The notes beneath the pieces were generated by a model. It had not been told where the DNA came from. It did not search any database and saw only the letters and a list, made by a program, of their open reading frames with translations. A stretch of DNA of 64,000 bases from Okamejei kenojei (taxonomy: Eukaryota), in contig CM069135.1 in the NCBI GenBank assembly GCA_035221665.1, positions 42,656,001 through 42,720,000 of the forward strand, read 5' to 3'. Shown one piece after another: positions 10,901 through 25,900 of the stretch. Position numbers and translations under genes: made by a program. The first letter of the stretch is position 1. Each line of letters starts with the position of its first letter.

Positions 10901-13900
10901 TTATCCTTTTTCCCCTTAATATATTGACATAATATTTTAGATTCTCCTGAATCTTATCTGTCTGAGCTATCACTCCCTTTTTGCCCTGTGGATTTCCTTC
11001 TTATGGATGCTCATCAATCCCCTATACCCCTCTAGGGATACACTTGATTCCAGCTGCCCTTCTTCCACCTTCCTTGTTCTTCACTTTAATAGGAACATGA
11101 ATTCTCACTATAACCCTTTTAAAACCATTACAATTTTGGGGCATACCTTTGCCCGCAAACAACTCGCTCCAATTAACCTTTGCCAGTTCCTGTTTAATAC
11201 CATAAAAATTGGCCTTGTCCCAACACATAACCTTAACATGTGGACCAGCCCTGTCCTTATCTATAACTATTTTAAAGCTAATAGAACCGTCATTGCTAAT
11301 CCAAAAGGTTCTCCCACTGACACTTCAGTCACTTGCCCTGCCCAATTCCCAAAGAGTAGGCCAAAACTTTCCTGCTTCCTTGTAAGGCCCTCTACATAGA
11401 TTGTCTGAGGAAACTTTCATGAATGCACTTGACAAATTCCACCCGCTTCTAAGCTCTTGGCACTATGGTAATCCCAGTCTATATTGGGAAATTTAACATC
11501 CCCTACTATAACAGCCCTGCAATCTAAGTTCTATGCAGTTTTAATCCAAGTGTACCATTTATAGTGGGGTTTTTTAACTTAAAATATAACATGCTTGCTT
11601 TTAGGCTTTCAGCATACCTGTTATACAGATTGTATACGAAACACTCAAGGACCAGGAAGAGGGCAAGAAGGGGAAATCATCTGTCAAGACCGGTGGTGCA
11701 GGTAATGATGCTAAATTAATTTGTGAAATGAGCTTTGTGTCCAGAAAACTTACTGCTCCAAGTACTCTGATCAGTGCCCTCCATAATGTTTGGGACAAAG
11801 ACCCTTCATTGATTTATTTGCCTTTGTACTCCACAATTTGAGATTTTTAATAGAAAAATCACATGTGGTTAGAGTGCACAGAATGTCAGATTTTAATAAA
11901 GGGTATTTTTATACATTTTCGTTTCACAATACACAATACAGTGTACCATAATGTTTGGGACACATGGCTTCACATGTGTTTGTAATTGCTCAGGTGTTTA
12001 ATTGCCTCCTTAATGCAGGTATATGAGAGCTCTCAGCTAATGGTCTTTCCTCCAGTCTTTCCATCATATTTGAAAACTTTTATTGCTGTTTATCAACATG
12101 AGAACCAAAGTCGTGTCATTGAAAATCAAAGTAGCCATTATGAGTGAGAAACAAGAATACAACTGTAAGAACATCAGCCAAACCTTAGGCCAAACAAAAT
12201 CAACTGTTTGGAACATCATTAAGAAGAAAGAGAGCACTGGTGAGCTTACTAATCGCAAAGGGACTGGCAGGCCAAGGAACTCCTCCACAGCTGATGACAG
12301 AAGAATTCTCACGATAATGAAGAAAAATCCCCAAACACCTGTCCGACAGATCAGAAACACTCTTCAGGAGTCAGTTGTGGCTTTGTCAATAACCACTATC
12401 CGCAGAATACTTCATGAACAGAAATACAGAGGCTACACTGCAAGATGCAAACCACTGGTTAGCCGCAACAATAGGATGGCCTGGTTGCAGTTTGTCAAGA
12501 AGTACATAAAAGATCAACCACAGTTCTGGAAAAAGGTCTTGTGGACATAGGAGACAAAGATTAATGTATATCAGAGCGATAGCAAGAGCAAAGTATGGAG
12601 GAGAGAAGGAACTGTCCAAGATCCAAAGTGTACTACCTCGTCTGTGAAACATGGTGGTGAGGGTGTTATGGCCTGGGCATGTATGGCTGCTGAATCTTAT
12701 CTTCATTGATGATACAACTGCTGATGGTAGCATAATGAATTCTGAAGTGTATAGACATATCCTATCTGCTCACGTTCAAACAAATGCCTCAAAACGCATT
12801 GGCCGACAGTTTATTCTACAGCAAGACAATCTCCTGATCTGAACCCAATTGAGCATGCCTTTTATATGCTGGAGAAAACTGAAGGGGACTAGCCCCCAAA
12901 ACAAGCAAAAGCTAAAGATGGTACACAAAAGGCTGGAGAAACTCAGCGGGTGCAGCAGCATCTAAGGAGCGAAGGAGATAGGCGACGTTTCGGGTCGAGA
13001 CCCTTCTTCAGCTAAAGATGGCTGCAATACAGGCCTGGCAGAGCATCACCAGGGAAGGCACCCAGCAATTGGTGATGTCCATGAATCGCAGACTTCAAGC
13101 AGTCATTGCATGCAAAAATATGCAACAAAATACTAAACATGACTACTTTCATTTACATGGCATTGCTGTGTCCCAAACATTATGGTGCCCTGAAATAGGA
13201 GGACTATGTATAAACACTGCTGTAATTTCTACATGGTGAAACCAAAATGTATAAAAATGGTGTTTATTAGAATCTGACAATGTGCACTTTAACCACATGT
13301 GATTTTTTTTTTCTATTACAAATCTCAAATTGTGGAGTACAGAGGCCAATAAATAAATGATGGGTCTTTGTTCCAAACATTATGGAGGGCACTGTATATT
13401 TGTGTGACAATGAATTGCAAATAAATATGTTTAAAATTGGAACGTAACGTGTCATTTCTAACTTGATTCATTCCCTTGTTGCATTTATCAGTTTTAACCC
13501 CCCATGATGTTACAATAGCAGATTGCTTTTGAATTGTTTTTAGTTCATTTTAAAAAAACTTTTAGCTGTTGATATCTTACACGTTTAAGCTTTGTAAGAA
13601 AAGTGCTCTAAAATACTGAAGGTAATTCAGAAAAAGAAATGAGATTCCTCCTTTAAACTGATCAGTGAAACCACTGAATTTTTATGAAGATTTAGAAAGG
13701 TTTCATTTGGACAGAGGTTACCTTCACTTTCAAAATATTCCATGTTTGAAACTTAAATTATTTTATTCAGATGTGTCGGTAATGAAAGGTACTATCATCT
13801 ATATGAAATTACTTACATTTTATAACATTTTCAGTACGTGTTTTATTATCTTTGTGCCTTAGTGTTCAATAAATGGCAGATGAATCCCTATGACAGAGGA

Positions 13901-16900
13901 TCAGCCTTTGGTAAGTTTTTCAGAAAACATGAGCCATGAAGCTATTGCATTCTACTTTACTGCATTGATATAATCATAAGAACAAATAAAGACTGAAAGT
14001 TTAAAGAAAATTGACGTTTTAAAAACTCAACTGGTATAAAAGATTGTGCACAGGGTAAGTTTGATTACAGTGCGGTGTTTTCATGCTCCCCGAAGGCCAG
14101 TGTGGTCCATGGATCATCAACTTGATATCTTGCAGCAGATGATATCCCCACCAGCCTAACAAATTAGCCAGGTTAAAAATACAGATAATTTATAAATGTT
14201 GCCCTTCTCCACTGCTTGCCATCTTGAAGCTGGAAATCTTCCTACCTATGTAGATGCATTTCATGCCCACTGTGCAGGTTTTCCTTTTCAAAGCTCAGTT
14301 ATTCCTGAAACGACCTTTTCAGCGTTTCCAACAGTTATTTACATAAATGGGCTGATAGCAATAACCATTTACCCGTTCATGAGAAATCAGACGTTCTTGC
14401 TCCATTGCTCACAGAAAAGTGAAAATCTAATTGAGAAGGCAAAGTTGCCAATTTAAGCTCGAGGAACAACACCCCCTTTTCTACTGAAATGTTTATAACC
14501 CAATAGTAAGAACATTGCATTTTGCAATTTCAGATGACCCTATGTGCTGTGTTCTGTAGGGTTCCTTCCGACTCTCCTTCCTATGCACATCCTGTTGACA
14601 TCTATTCCATCTACTGTCTACTCATTTCATCCACCTTATCCACTCCCCACCTGTTCTTCACCTCCTCCCTAATGATTCCCCTTATCACTTCACTTATCAG
14701 GCAGCCTTTGTATTCCTGGTCATCACCCTCCTAGTTGTCTCCATCATAATCCTCTGCTTCCGAGAATGCTACACTGTCTCGGAATAATAAATAACAGATG
14801 AGTAATTTGGTAGAACCTCAAACAACACTTTAACACTCAACTATGAGTACAACTAAGTTAAAACAATTTTGGTGCATACCTTCCCCAAAGAGTGATCAAT
14901 GGTGAATTGATCAATGTCAATAAAGTTGTTTTTTTATTGGGTAAGATGATCAAGGAATGTGGAGCAAAGGCAGATAAATGAAAACGTTTAAAAAAATTAT
15001 TCTTGAAATGCCAATATATATATATATGAAAACTGAAGATGAAAGGACATTATGTTTAAAATATTTCTCCAAGGCAATACATGTCAATACATGTCAACAT
15101 ATTTTTCCAACGTTTCTTCCTACAATCTCTCATTTTGATTTTTTTCAGCTATTGGAGCTGATGGGCTGTGCTGCCAAAGTAGGGAAATAAAAGAATGGCA
15201 TGGATGCAGATCCACCAAGGGAGTGAAAAAAGGTAAGTATTGTGTGCCATAGACAATTGAATTAATTCCCACAACATAGATCTGAATTACAGCGTATTAT
15301 TGTTATATTAAATATTCAGTTGAATCCTGTCTTCAAATGTAACATTTTAGTTTTCCTACAAATCATTGCATAGGTAGGGATAGAGGCAATGATTTGTTTC
15401 ATTTTCATTTGCTACAGGAAATAATTATTATTTAACTTTTTCATCAGTTTATTTAAACCAATGGAATAGATAAAAATAAACATACAATGTAAAATCTGCT
15501 ATATTCCAATAATTGGAATGTGTGGTGGAATGAAATAGATTGAAACTGTCTCATGTTTTTGAAACTAATTTTGTAAAATAAAGAACTTTCATAGATCTTA
15601 TAAATTCAATTACTTCCTTGCACATTTTGAAGAGAATCTGGTGTTGAAATGTATCACATTTTGTGCAGGCAAATATTATTATGAAGTACACTGTCATGAC
15701 CAGGGCTTATGCAGAATTGGATGGTCCACGATGCAGGCTTCGCTGGATTTGGGTAAGTTAATTGACTAGAATATGTGGATGTTTGCATCATCATTAAAGC
15801 TGTCTGTATCATTGTGGACTGTTCAATAGTTAAATGCACTTCTAAAAATGTTGTTTTCAACTAGAATCTGTTCCCATTGCGAGATGGGTAAAATTGGAAA
15901 TTTTAAATATGCTGGCATCAAATAAGTCTAATTTGATACTTGGATGTAAACACTCTTACACTAAATGTTACCAGAAGTGACAATAAAGGCAAATGTCATA
16001 TATATATATTTAAGAGGGAACTAGATGAACAGCTAATGATTGTCTTGCGTTTAACCTATTTTAAGCTGAAGCAAGATTAATTGTAGAGAAAACACAAGAA
16101 AAGAATAAAGCATAATCAAGGATTAGTTCAGTTAAATGACTTGTTTCTGTACTGCAAATGTATAAGTTATAAGCTGATAGTTTTCCTTTTGGGACAATTC
16201 TAAATAGGCACTGATAAATTTGGTTTGGGCTTTGGTGGCACTGGAAAGAAGTCTCACTGCAAACAGTTTGAGAGTTATGGAGAGGTATGGATATAATTTA
16301 AATGTGCCTCAATATTATAACACTTAATTTTGATTCACATAGTTTCAACATTCTATGTCCTTATTATTTAGTGCAAAATTGCTTCTATTTAGGAATTTAC
16401 CATGCACGATACTATTGGATGTTACATTGATCTTGATGGAGACTCTGTAAAATACTCAAAAAATGGTAAGTTTACTTAAAAGTTCTCCATTTTATGGTTC
16501 AACTTTGATAATGCTGGTTTAACAATATTTGTTCTGATTTTTGCTTCAGACTCAATTTATAACCATCAATGACTGACTTAATTTGAACATTAGACATGCT
16601 GTGGTAACAAACATCCCCATTGAAGTAAATGGCTAATTCTGACAATTAAGCTGTATTTGGAAAGAAAATATGACAGATGATGAATCTCTGTTCGTGAATC
16701 TGTGGAGTTCTTTGCCACAAACGGCTGTGGAGCCTAGGTTAATAGATATTTTGAAGGCAGAGATAGATAGATTCTTGATTAGTACGGGTATCAGAGGTTA
16801 TGGGGAGAAGGCAGGAGAATGTTAGGAGGGAGCTATAGATCAGCCATGATTGAATGGCAGAGTGGACGATGGGTCGAATAGGAAAATTCGGCTCCTATCA

Positions 16901-19900
16901 CTTATGACCTTATCATAGGACTAATGACTTCACTTCTCTTCCTGTCCTATCAAATCAAACCTTGTCATTGTTGAACACATTAAAGAGGGGATTTGTGAAT
17001 TGATAAAAGCACAGCTCAAATGTGGACAAGAGGGACTCATGTAGATGGAGCATCTTGGTCGGCAAGAGCAAGTTGGGCTGAAGGGGCTTTTTCCTTGCTG
17101 ACAGCCATGTGTAAATCCGAAGTTAATAATCAATCTGCATTAATACAATTAATACTTACAAAATAGTTATATTAACTACTGATTAATTTTTCTTTAACCA
17201 GGAAAAGATCTTGGTCACGCTTTTGATATTCCTTCACATCTAAAGAACCAAGTTTTCTATGCATCATGTGTTTTAAAGGTAATTTTCCAAATTAATTTTT
17301 GGAAAAGAAAAATCCGGAAAACATTTGTAATAAACAAAAAATTATTGTTGTTGCATCGTAGAATGCTGAGCTCAAATTTAACTTTGGTGAAGAAGAATTC
17401 AAATTCCCTCCGAAAGACGGTTATCAGGCAATAGATAAGGCAGCAGATGACCATGTTGTAAAGTCACAGCATACTGGTATGTGATCGGTAACTTCTTGAT
17501 TTACTTAAGTGTCAAGTAATTTAAATGATTCAGAAACTATTCTTTAATGTGTGTATATATGAGTGAGATCTGCTCTAAAGAGCATTGATAAAGAGTAGAG
17601 AGCATTCCAGTCCTTTTTGGACCCAAACTAGGGATTTTGGGAATGATTTCATAAAATGGGATTAACGTGGTTGAAACAGATGAAAGTTAGAGGACAATGC
17701 TGGAATTCCCAACCTCAATAATGATCTTAACATGATGTGTTTTTACAAATAACCTCACCTTTGGATAGATCTATGGTTTGGGTTTATTATTGTCAGGTCT
17801 ACCAAAATACAATGAAAATACAATGCCTGCTATCCATCAAATCAGATTGTATTAACCACAAATAGAAGTAAGCCAAATTGAGTACAATAGATAGAGCAAA
17901 GGGGGAGATACAGAAGTGAAGAATCTAGTTCTCAACAGTGTAGTGCATCAGTTTCAGAGACAAAATCCAATGTATTCAATTAAGTAAAATTACCCCAGCT
18001 TATGGAATGACTGTTCAATAGCCTGATAATAGTGGGGAAGAACATGTCTGGAAAGGGAAAATAATTAATACAAATTATTTTATCATATAGCTGCATTTTA
18101 ACTCTTGGAGGTGTGTTCTCACTATGCAGTTGACTAGAAATATATCTACAGCTTTTGCTAATCGGCATAATTAAATTCATTCTTTTCAGGGACTGCAACA
18201 GTGGGTCAAACTAAAAACCTGCCAAATGCTCCAAAAGCTCTCATTATTGAACCATCCAGGGAGTTGGCCGAACAAACCCTCAATAATGTCAAGCAATTCA
18301 AGAAAAACGTTACTGATCCCAAGCTTAGGTAACAATTCTTTCCCCTCTTTCTTGTCCCTGTATAAATGTGCTTGTCTTTCTTTGCTTGCTCCACGATGCT
18401 CTCCAGAGTTGCCACCAAATAATATCTTTGATAGGGTGATTAATGTTGCTTTGTTCACCCATTATCTTGAGTTATTTAATATTGTTCCTTTCATTTCTGT
18501 AGCTGAACTGTGCTGTATCATCGCAAATTTGACTGCTCCACCTCATTTCTCTTGTGTTTCATTTTCTCCGAAGATGTCAAACACTACCCCGGCAAATCTC
18601 CCTCTCATGTGTAAGAAAGAACTGTAATGCTGGTTTAAATCAAAGGTAGACTGTCTGAATAAGGGTCTCGACCTGAAACGTTGCCCATTCCTTCTCTCCT
18701 GCGATGCTGCCTCACCCGCTGTTACTCCAGCTTTTTGTGTCAATCTCCCTCTCATGCCAGGCTCCAATATTCATTCCAGTGAATCCAGAGAAATCAGTAT
18801 ATATTACTTTGCGATGTAATTCTGAAAGATCAAGGCGTCTTCAAAAATACATCTTTAATATTTCTTGATATGTTCAGCCTCTTCTATCTTTTACTGAGAA
18901 CATACATACATAGAAATGCAAATTTTAGTGAAATATATAAGAAATGTGTAGATTAATTTCCAATTGCCCTACAGGTAAATGCCAGCTCAACCATCGGGTA
19001 ATATAATCGTCCTTCCTGAATAGGTGGGGTTTTTTTTTGTCCTGGGAAACTTCTAATTATTCCCTGTGCATGTCTGTATTCCTTAGTTCTGCTTTTTCTT
19101 TTGTTTTAGGGAACTCCTAATTATCGGTGGTGTGTCTGCAAAGGATCAGCTTTCTGTCCTGGATCAAGGAGTAAGTTTTCCACTGCTCTTCAGAGATGAG
19201 AATGTTTTTTATCTATTTCCCTGAAAATGTCAGCAGAAAAAAGGCATGAACCGCCTCCAGTTTAAATTCAATTTGGAATATTTTGGAGGACCAAGAAACC
19301 AAGAACCAATTCTCCATGAATTAAACAAATATTTTTCAGTTGAGGTATTCAGATGTTATTCTTGTAAAGAATGTGACTATACACTGTGGAGAATTGGCTG
19401 TAAAGCATACGAGAGGATTTCAATTCATGAATAGTGTAAAGCACCTTAAAATGTTACTGAAAAAAAATAGTGGTTCAGCCCTCAATTTTATCTTTATATA
19501 GTAATTTGTAGATGAATGGATGCAATTGAAGTTCATCATTGATATATTCTTGTCAATTCTGCAGGTAGATATTGTTGTTGGAACTCCAGGAAGATTAGAT
19601 GACCTTGTCTCAACAGGAAAACTTAATCTCTCCCAAGTTAGGTTCTTTGTGCTGGATGAAGCTGTGAGTAATCAGTCATAATTATTTTATTAATCCTAAT
19701 TGCTATTTTCAGTGGTGTACTCCTATGGGTTCATAGCCCATCCTCTGTGACTGTCAGTAAATCTACATTGTTATTGAATCCATTAGGTAAATATTGAACC
19801 TGAGGCCCCAATCCAAAATTGTGCCTTCTTATTCCCCCCAACCCTATCTGTCTTGTGATTCCGGCCAGGCTTGATCTCAGCACTCCTGAGAATGTCTCTA

Positions 19901-22900
19901 TAACAGCTCAAGATGTATTGGAGGTTGTGCAAGGCCCATTCAGCAAGGGTTCATGAGGCATTGTGTTACTTCACAACACCAAAGATCCAAGTTCTTTCTG
20001 ACCTCTGGTGCTATTCAGATGGAGCTTGCATGTTCTCCCTGTTTCTTCATGCCTTTCCTTTAGCTGCTTTTGTTTCCTCCATATCCTAAAGAAGTGTGGT
20101 CTGGAAGGTTAGTTGGCCACTGTAAATCGCTCCTTGGTGTGCGTGAGTGGTTGAATCTGGGAGGAGTTGATGAGAGTATGAGAGGAATTAATATAACATT
20201 TGTGTAAATGGGTGGCTGATGGTCTGCGCTAAACGTTATTCCCTTTATCCTGTATCTGTACACTGTGGGTGGCTTGATTGTAATCGTGTGTAGTCTTTTC
20301 GCTGACTGGATTGCACACAACGAAAAAGCTATTCACTCTATACCTCGGTACACGTGACAATAAGTGAAACTATTTGTGCTGCATGTTTCTATGACTCTGT
20401 GCATGTTAAGTAACCATTTTGCTTGGTAAAATGAACAATAATTTTAATAATTCTTTGCTAATTTTATTTTTAAATGCACAATAATTGGTCTAATAATGTT
20501 ACTAAAAAACTGTTTGACATATTTCATCATTACCAATACATTGAAGAATTCATGAAATCTTTCTAAAGCGTCTATACTTATCAGCAAGGTGTAACCACTT
20601 TCCTCCAACACAACAACATTGGCACTTTTTAAAGGTGACTGTGCTGCGTGTTTAAATTCCACACAAAAATGGTTTAATAATTAAAGAAAGGAATATATGT
20701 ACAAATTCATGGTCCCTCCTTGTAATGGAGAGAGGCCAACCAAAAAATAATCTGTATTCATAAAAAGTCCTTTGGTTTATTTTGATTTCATGTTTATTTT
20801 TATTATGACTAATAAGCAGCCAACTAATATGGTTGCCTTTGTAGGATGGATTGCTTACACAAGGATATTCTGACTTCATTTCAAGAATACACTCTCAGAT
20901 TCCTCAAGTAACATCTGATGGCAAGAGATTGCAGGTAATGTATAGTTAATCAAATATATATATTTGATTTATTTATGAAAGGAAATACATACGTTACAAG
21001 TGGTTGAGAGATGGATCAATGGACTGATGTCTAGAGTTGAGAACTGAGAGATGATTTTAATGTAGCATGCAATCCTGAGGAGGTTTGTTGGGGAAGATGC
21101 TAAGTGAATGGTTACCACTCTTGAGAGAAGCTAAAACTAGGGGTGTATAGGAAGGACAGCAGATGCTGGTTTACACCAAAGATAGACACAAAATGCTGGA
21201 GTAACTCAGTGGTAGTATCTCTGGAGAGAAGGAATGGGTGACGTTTCAGGTCAAGCCTAAGTGCATAGTTTCCAAATAAGGAGTTGCTTATTTAATATTG
21301 GGATGGGAGTATTGAGCATCTTTGAAATTCTCTATGATGGCTAAGTCATTAAATATATCCAAACCAACAGAAAACATGTTTTTGTCAAAGAGTGTGGGGG
21401 GAAAGGCAACAGGAAAGTGGAGCGGAAGCCATCTTCAGATCAGCCATGATCTTAATAAATTGTGGAGCAGACTTGAGGCATCGAATGAGCTGCACCACTT
21501 CTTCTTGGTTATGATTGTAACATAAAATCTGATTAGTGCACTGGCATAGGTTATTACAGAACAAATTAACAGAGGATTTACAATATTTTCTAATTGTAGT
21601 GAAATTGGCCGTTCAAACTTTGAATGTTATCACTTTTGCTTACCATTCTCTGCACAGGTAATTGTTTGCTCTGCAACACTACATTCATTTGATGTTAAGA
21701 AGCTCGCAGAGAAGATAATGCATTTCCCAACATGGGTAGACCTGAAAGGCGAGGATTCTGTTCCGGAAACAGTCCATCATGTTGTTCTGCGAGTTAACCC
21801 AAAATTGGATCGACATTGGGAGAAACTTGGACGACGTATTCGGGTAAAAATAATCGATTACTTTTAATGTGCTTGACCTGTTTACCGCAACAAAGATGGC
21901 ATGCAACCTCTTTGTCAGTGTACATTGAAATAGTTCTATTGAATGTTTCACTTGGGAGTCGGCACTGTTTTGTATGTGAAAGATTGTGTCTCACTAATTT
22001 GACTTTTTTTTAAATAGCCAAGAAAGTTGACAAGGGCAGAGTCATAGAAGTAGTCTATAAGGATTTTAGCAAAGTTTTGATAGTAAGGATCCTCCTGGCT
22101 GGCTGCTTTGAATTGTTAGATCGCATGAGATCCAGGGAGAACAAATATACTGGATACAGAATTGGCTTCATGGCATGAAGCCGAGGGTGGTGGGTAAAAA
22201 ATAGTCTTTTGGACAGATGGCTCGTAACTAATGATGTCTCGGATCGGTGTGGGGCCCTTTGCTGATTCTCATCTATATTAACAATTTGGATGAAAATGTG
22301 CGAGGTGTGATTTGTAAGTCCCCAAATGATATTAAAATAGATGGTATCATTGACAATGAAGATGGTTATCAAGAATAACAGCAGGATCTTTATCAGTTGG
22401 GCAAGTGGACTGAAGAATGGCTAATAGAGTTCAGACAGGCATGAGACTTCTCCGCGGATTTCCACGGATTTTGACATTCAGTAAAAATAAAATCTGTTTA
22501 AATCTGGCCCGGACTTACCATCGCGGAGCCTGGGATCTTTTGCCAAGGATCGCCAGTGTTGGAGCTCCGACCACGGGGCCTGTGGACTTTAACACCGTGA
22601 AGCAGCGGTCTCCATAAGAAGTGGCCAACTCAGGAGCTCCATGCCGCGGAGTGTTCCGATCCATCCCAACGCCGGAGTTTCGATCATCCCGGTGAGAGGC
22701 CTTGAACAGCAGACAGTCGTCAACGGCCTCGTTCAAAGATCCCGACCATGGATGAACAAAGGAGGAAGATGACTGAACACGATTGCCATCCATCATAGTG
22801 AGGAATGTTGATTCCACTGTGGTGGATGTTTATGTTAAACTTTATTTTATGTGCTGAGTGTAATTTTGCTTTTTACTTAATATGGCTGTATGGTAACTCA

Positions 22901-25900
22901 AATTTCACTGTACCTTAATTGGTACATGTGACAATTAAATTGAATCTTGCTCCTTGAATCTTTCCACAAGACGGTGAGCTGCTCCGCCGATGGTTGAGTG
23001 CGTGGAAATCCGCTGAGTCGATTTTAGCGGAAAGCGTGTACGCGGGTGCGGGTCGACGGTCTATGCAGCGCATCTCTACGGCTAGTGCTCAGCTCCGCAC
23101 ATGTAGCGTAGCGGTTTCCCTCTTTCCCCGAGACCTACCGTACCGGGGTTGGGGCGGGGCGCACAGAGTTACGTACACAACGCTCACTGCATTCAAGAGT
23201 CTGTATGTCATTATACAATGTTCTTTTTTTTTTACTTGATTCAATCAGGTAAAATGTGTTATTGTAAGGTATAATTTAAAAAAAATACAGTATAAATTAA
23301 GGGTGAACACGCAAGGAAATGGTGTCATTTCAAGGTATAATTATCAAAAATTTCCTGTGCAAGGGATATCTTATTAGAGTAAACAAGCAAGGAAGAGGTA
23401 TCATGTTGCGTGTAGGTGTATTATAAAATATTTTCAATATGACTTAAGTGTAAACAAGCATTTTTGCTTGTTGATGTTATTTTAAGGTATGACTATCACA
23501 AATTTTCTGTATAAATTAAGAAGTGACAAGCAAGTAAATTATGTTATTTTAAGGTACAATAAAAATAAATTACAGTATAAATTAAAGGTAAACAGGCAAG
23601 AAATTGTAATTTCAAGGTACAATTATCAAAATATTTCTGCATTAAGAGCCCGCTTTTAACCTCGCCAGGGGCATTGCCCCTTGGAACCCTATCAGGGGCC
23701 AAAGCCCCGTGGACCTCCATCTCGCTTCCTCTTTTGTCAGTTTCTTCCTGTCTCATGCCTGAGTGTAGTAAGTGTGAGGTGTTACATTTTGGGAAGTCAA
23801 ACCAGGCCAGGGCCTCCACAGTGCACAGAAGAGGAGTGATGTAGAGCAGAGTGATCTAGGAGTACAAGTACGTAGTTCCCTGAAAGTGGTATCGCAGTTA
23901 GATAGTGTGGTGAAGAAGATGTTTGGCACATTGCCCCTCAGCCCACATTGCGTTGCAGTTGTAAAAAATGTCGATGAGCTGTACCTCGCGTATTGTGTTT
24001 AGTTTTAGTCATCCTGCTCTTGGAAAAATGCCATTAAATTAGAAAGAGTGCAAAGAAGATTTACATGTCAGGACTCCAGGGCCTGAGCTACAGGGTGAGA
24101 TTGGTCAGGTTGGAGTGCAGGAGGCTAAGTGGTGATCTTAGAGTGGTATATTAAATAATGGCAGGAATGGGTGAATTCAGTCTTTTTCACAGGATAGAGG
24201 AATAAAGAACTAGAGGACATTGGTTTAGGGTGAGAGGCAAAAGATTGAATATGAACCCGAGGGGCAACGTTTTCCACTGAGGATGGAAAAAGTATATGAA
24301 ACGTGCTACCAGAGGACATGGTTGAGGCAAGTAAATTAACAACATTTAAAAGACATTTGGGCAGGTACATAGATGATAAAGGTAAAGTGAAATGGGCAAT
24401 CACAGGTAAATGGGACTAGCTTATATGTGGCATGATGGTAGTCACAGACAGGTTCGGCTGAAGGTCCTGTTTCTGTAACTTGACTCTTGTACAGTTATTT
24501 TCTTTTCTTTCCAAACCACCTGCTTTGCCAACTCCAAAGAACATATAAATAATGTGTAAATATTAAACTGGTAGGGGGTCAAAATGTGTGATCTACTTTG
24601 TTTTTCTTCCTCAGACTGATGAAGTTCATGCAAAAGATAACACAAGACCTGGTGCCAATAGTGCTGGTCAGTACAGTTTCATTAGATATGAATGAATATG
24701 TTTATTGGCCAAGTATGTTCACACATAAGGAATTTGCCATGGTGCTCCGCTCGCAAGTGACATGACATACAGTGATCATTAAGAATGACACATTAAACAT
24801 TAAATATTAATAATAAAACATTATCGATTTAACATGTAAATTAAATTAAATACCAGAGCTAAAGGAGCCTACACATTTTTGATTATTGAGTAGAGTGTGG
24901 CATTCCAGAGTCGCCTTCCAGAGGGAAGTGATTCAAAGTGTTTGTGGCCAGGGTGAGAAGGGTCAGAGATGATCTTACCCGCTCGCTACATGGCCCTTCC
25001 TGTGTACAGTTCGTCAATGGAGGGAAGGTTGCAGCCAACAACCTTCTCAGCTGATCGGACGAACAGCAAAATACCTGTCAAATATTTTGTGTAATGTAGA
25101 CATTTTGAAACGTAAAAGTTTCAAGGTCATTGAACATCAATTGAATTCAAAATTATTAATACCGAGTGACGAGTTAAATAAATATCTTTGTGCAAAGAGA
25201 TATTAGAGCATGGAATACCTTGTAATTGAAGAGGTGAGGCAGATGACATTCTATATGTAAACACTCTCCTGTCAGAGGAAATAATTTCACCATTTGAAAC
25301 ATTTCATCATTAAAAGCATCATGGTTAGAACAAGCCAACCTACTATTGATAGTTTTGGTACCCTTTTGGTGAAACTTTACTGCGCATCCTCCAAAAGCTA
25401 ATTTATCCTTAAGATGAGATGCCCAGAACTAATTATGCCTGTCTCAGAACCAGGGACGGAAAACCCAGGGGGGCTAGAGGGAACACGACCCCGCCAAGTT
25501 TTGAGAGGTGGGGGACATTCCCCCCCAAGTTTTTGGCATCCGGATTTAAAAATCTCCGCTTTCCGCGAGACAGTGGAAGTGGCTGCTGATCGAGGGCGCC
25601 GATTGGACAAGAGAGACGTCGATCAACAGGCAATGGGGGTGGGACATGATGATTCAGCGCGATGATTGGAGAAGGGAGGAGTGAGGGGGGTGGGACTGAG
25701 GATAGAGTGCGGTGATTGGAGGAGGGAGACGTGGCACAGACCTGCACCTCATCCTCAGCCAGAATCGATCCCGGCCGGGTCTCCGGCGCTGTCCCGTCCT
25801 CACCCGAGTGCCACCCCCACGGGTGGCCAGAGAGGTTGGGAGTCAGACGGGCACGGCGCCCCCAGTCCCACAGCCAGCGCTAAACCCAGCTCACTCTGCC

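Noticed and set aside
23266-23645. Regularly spaced repeats resembling a CRISPR array
   Set aside because: Eukaryotic intron; degenerate full-unit tandem repeats without unique spacers; no cas genes.
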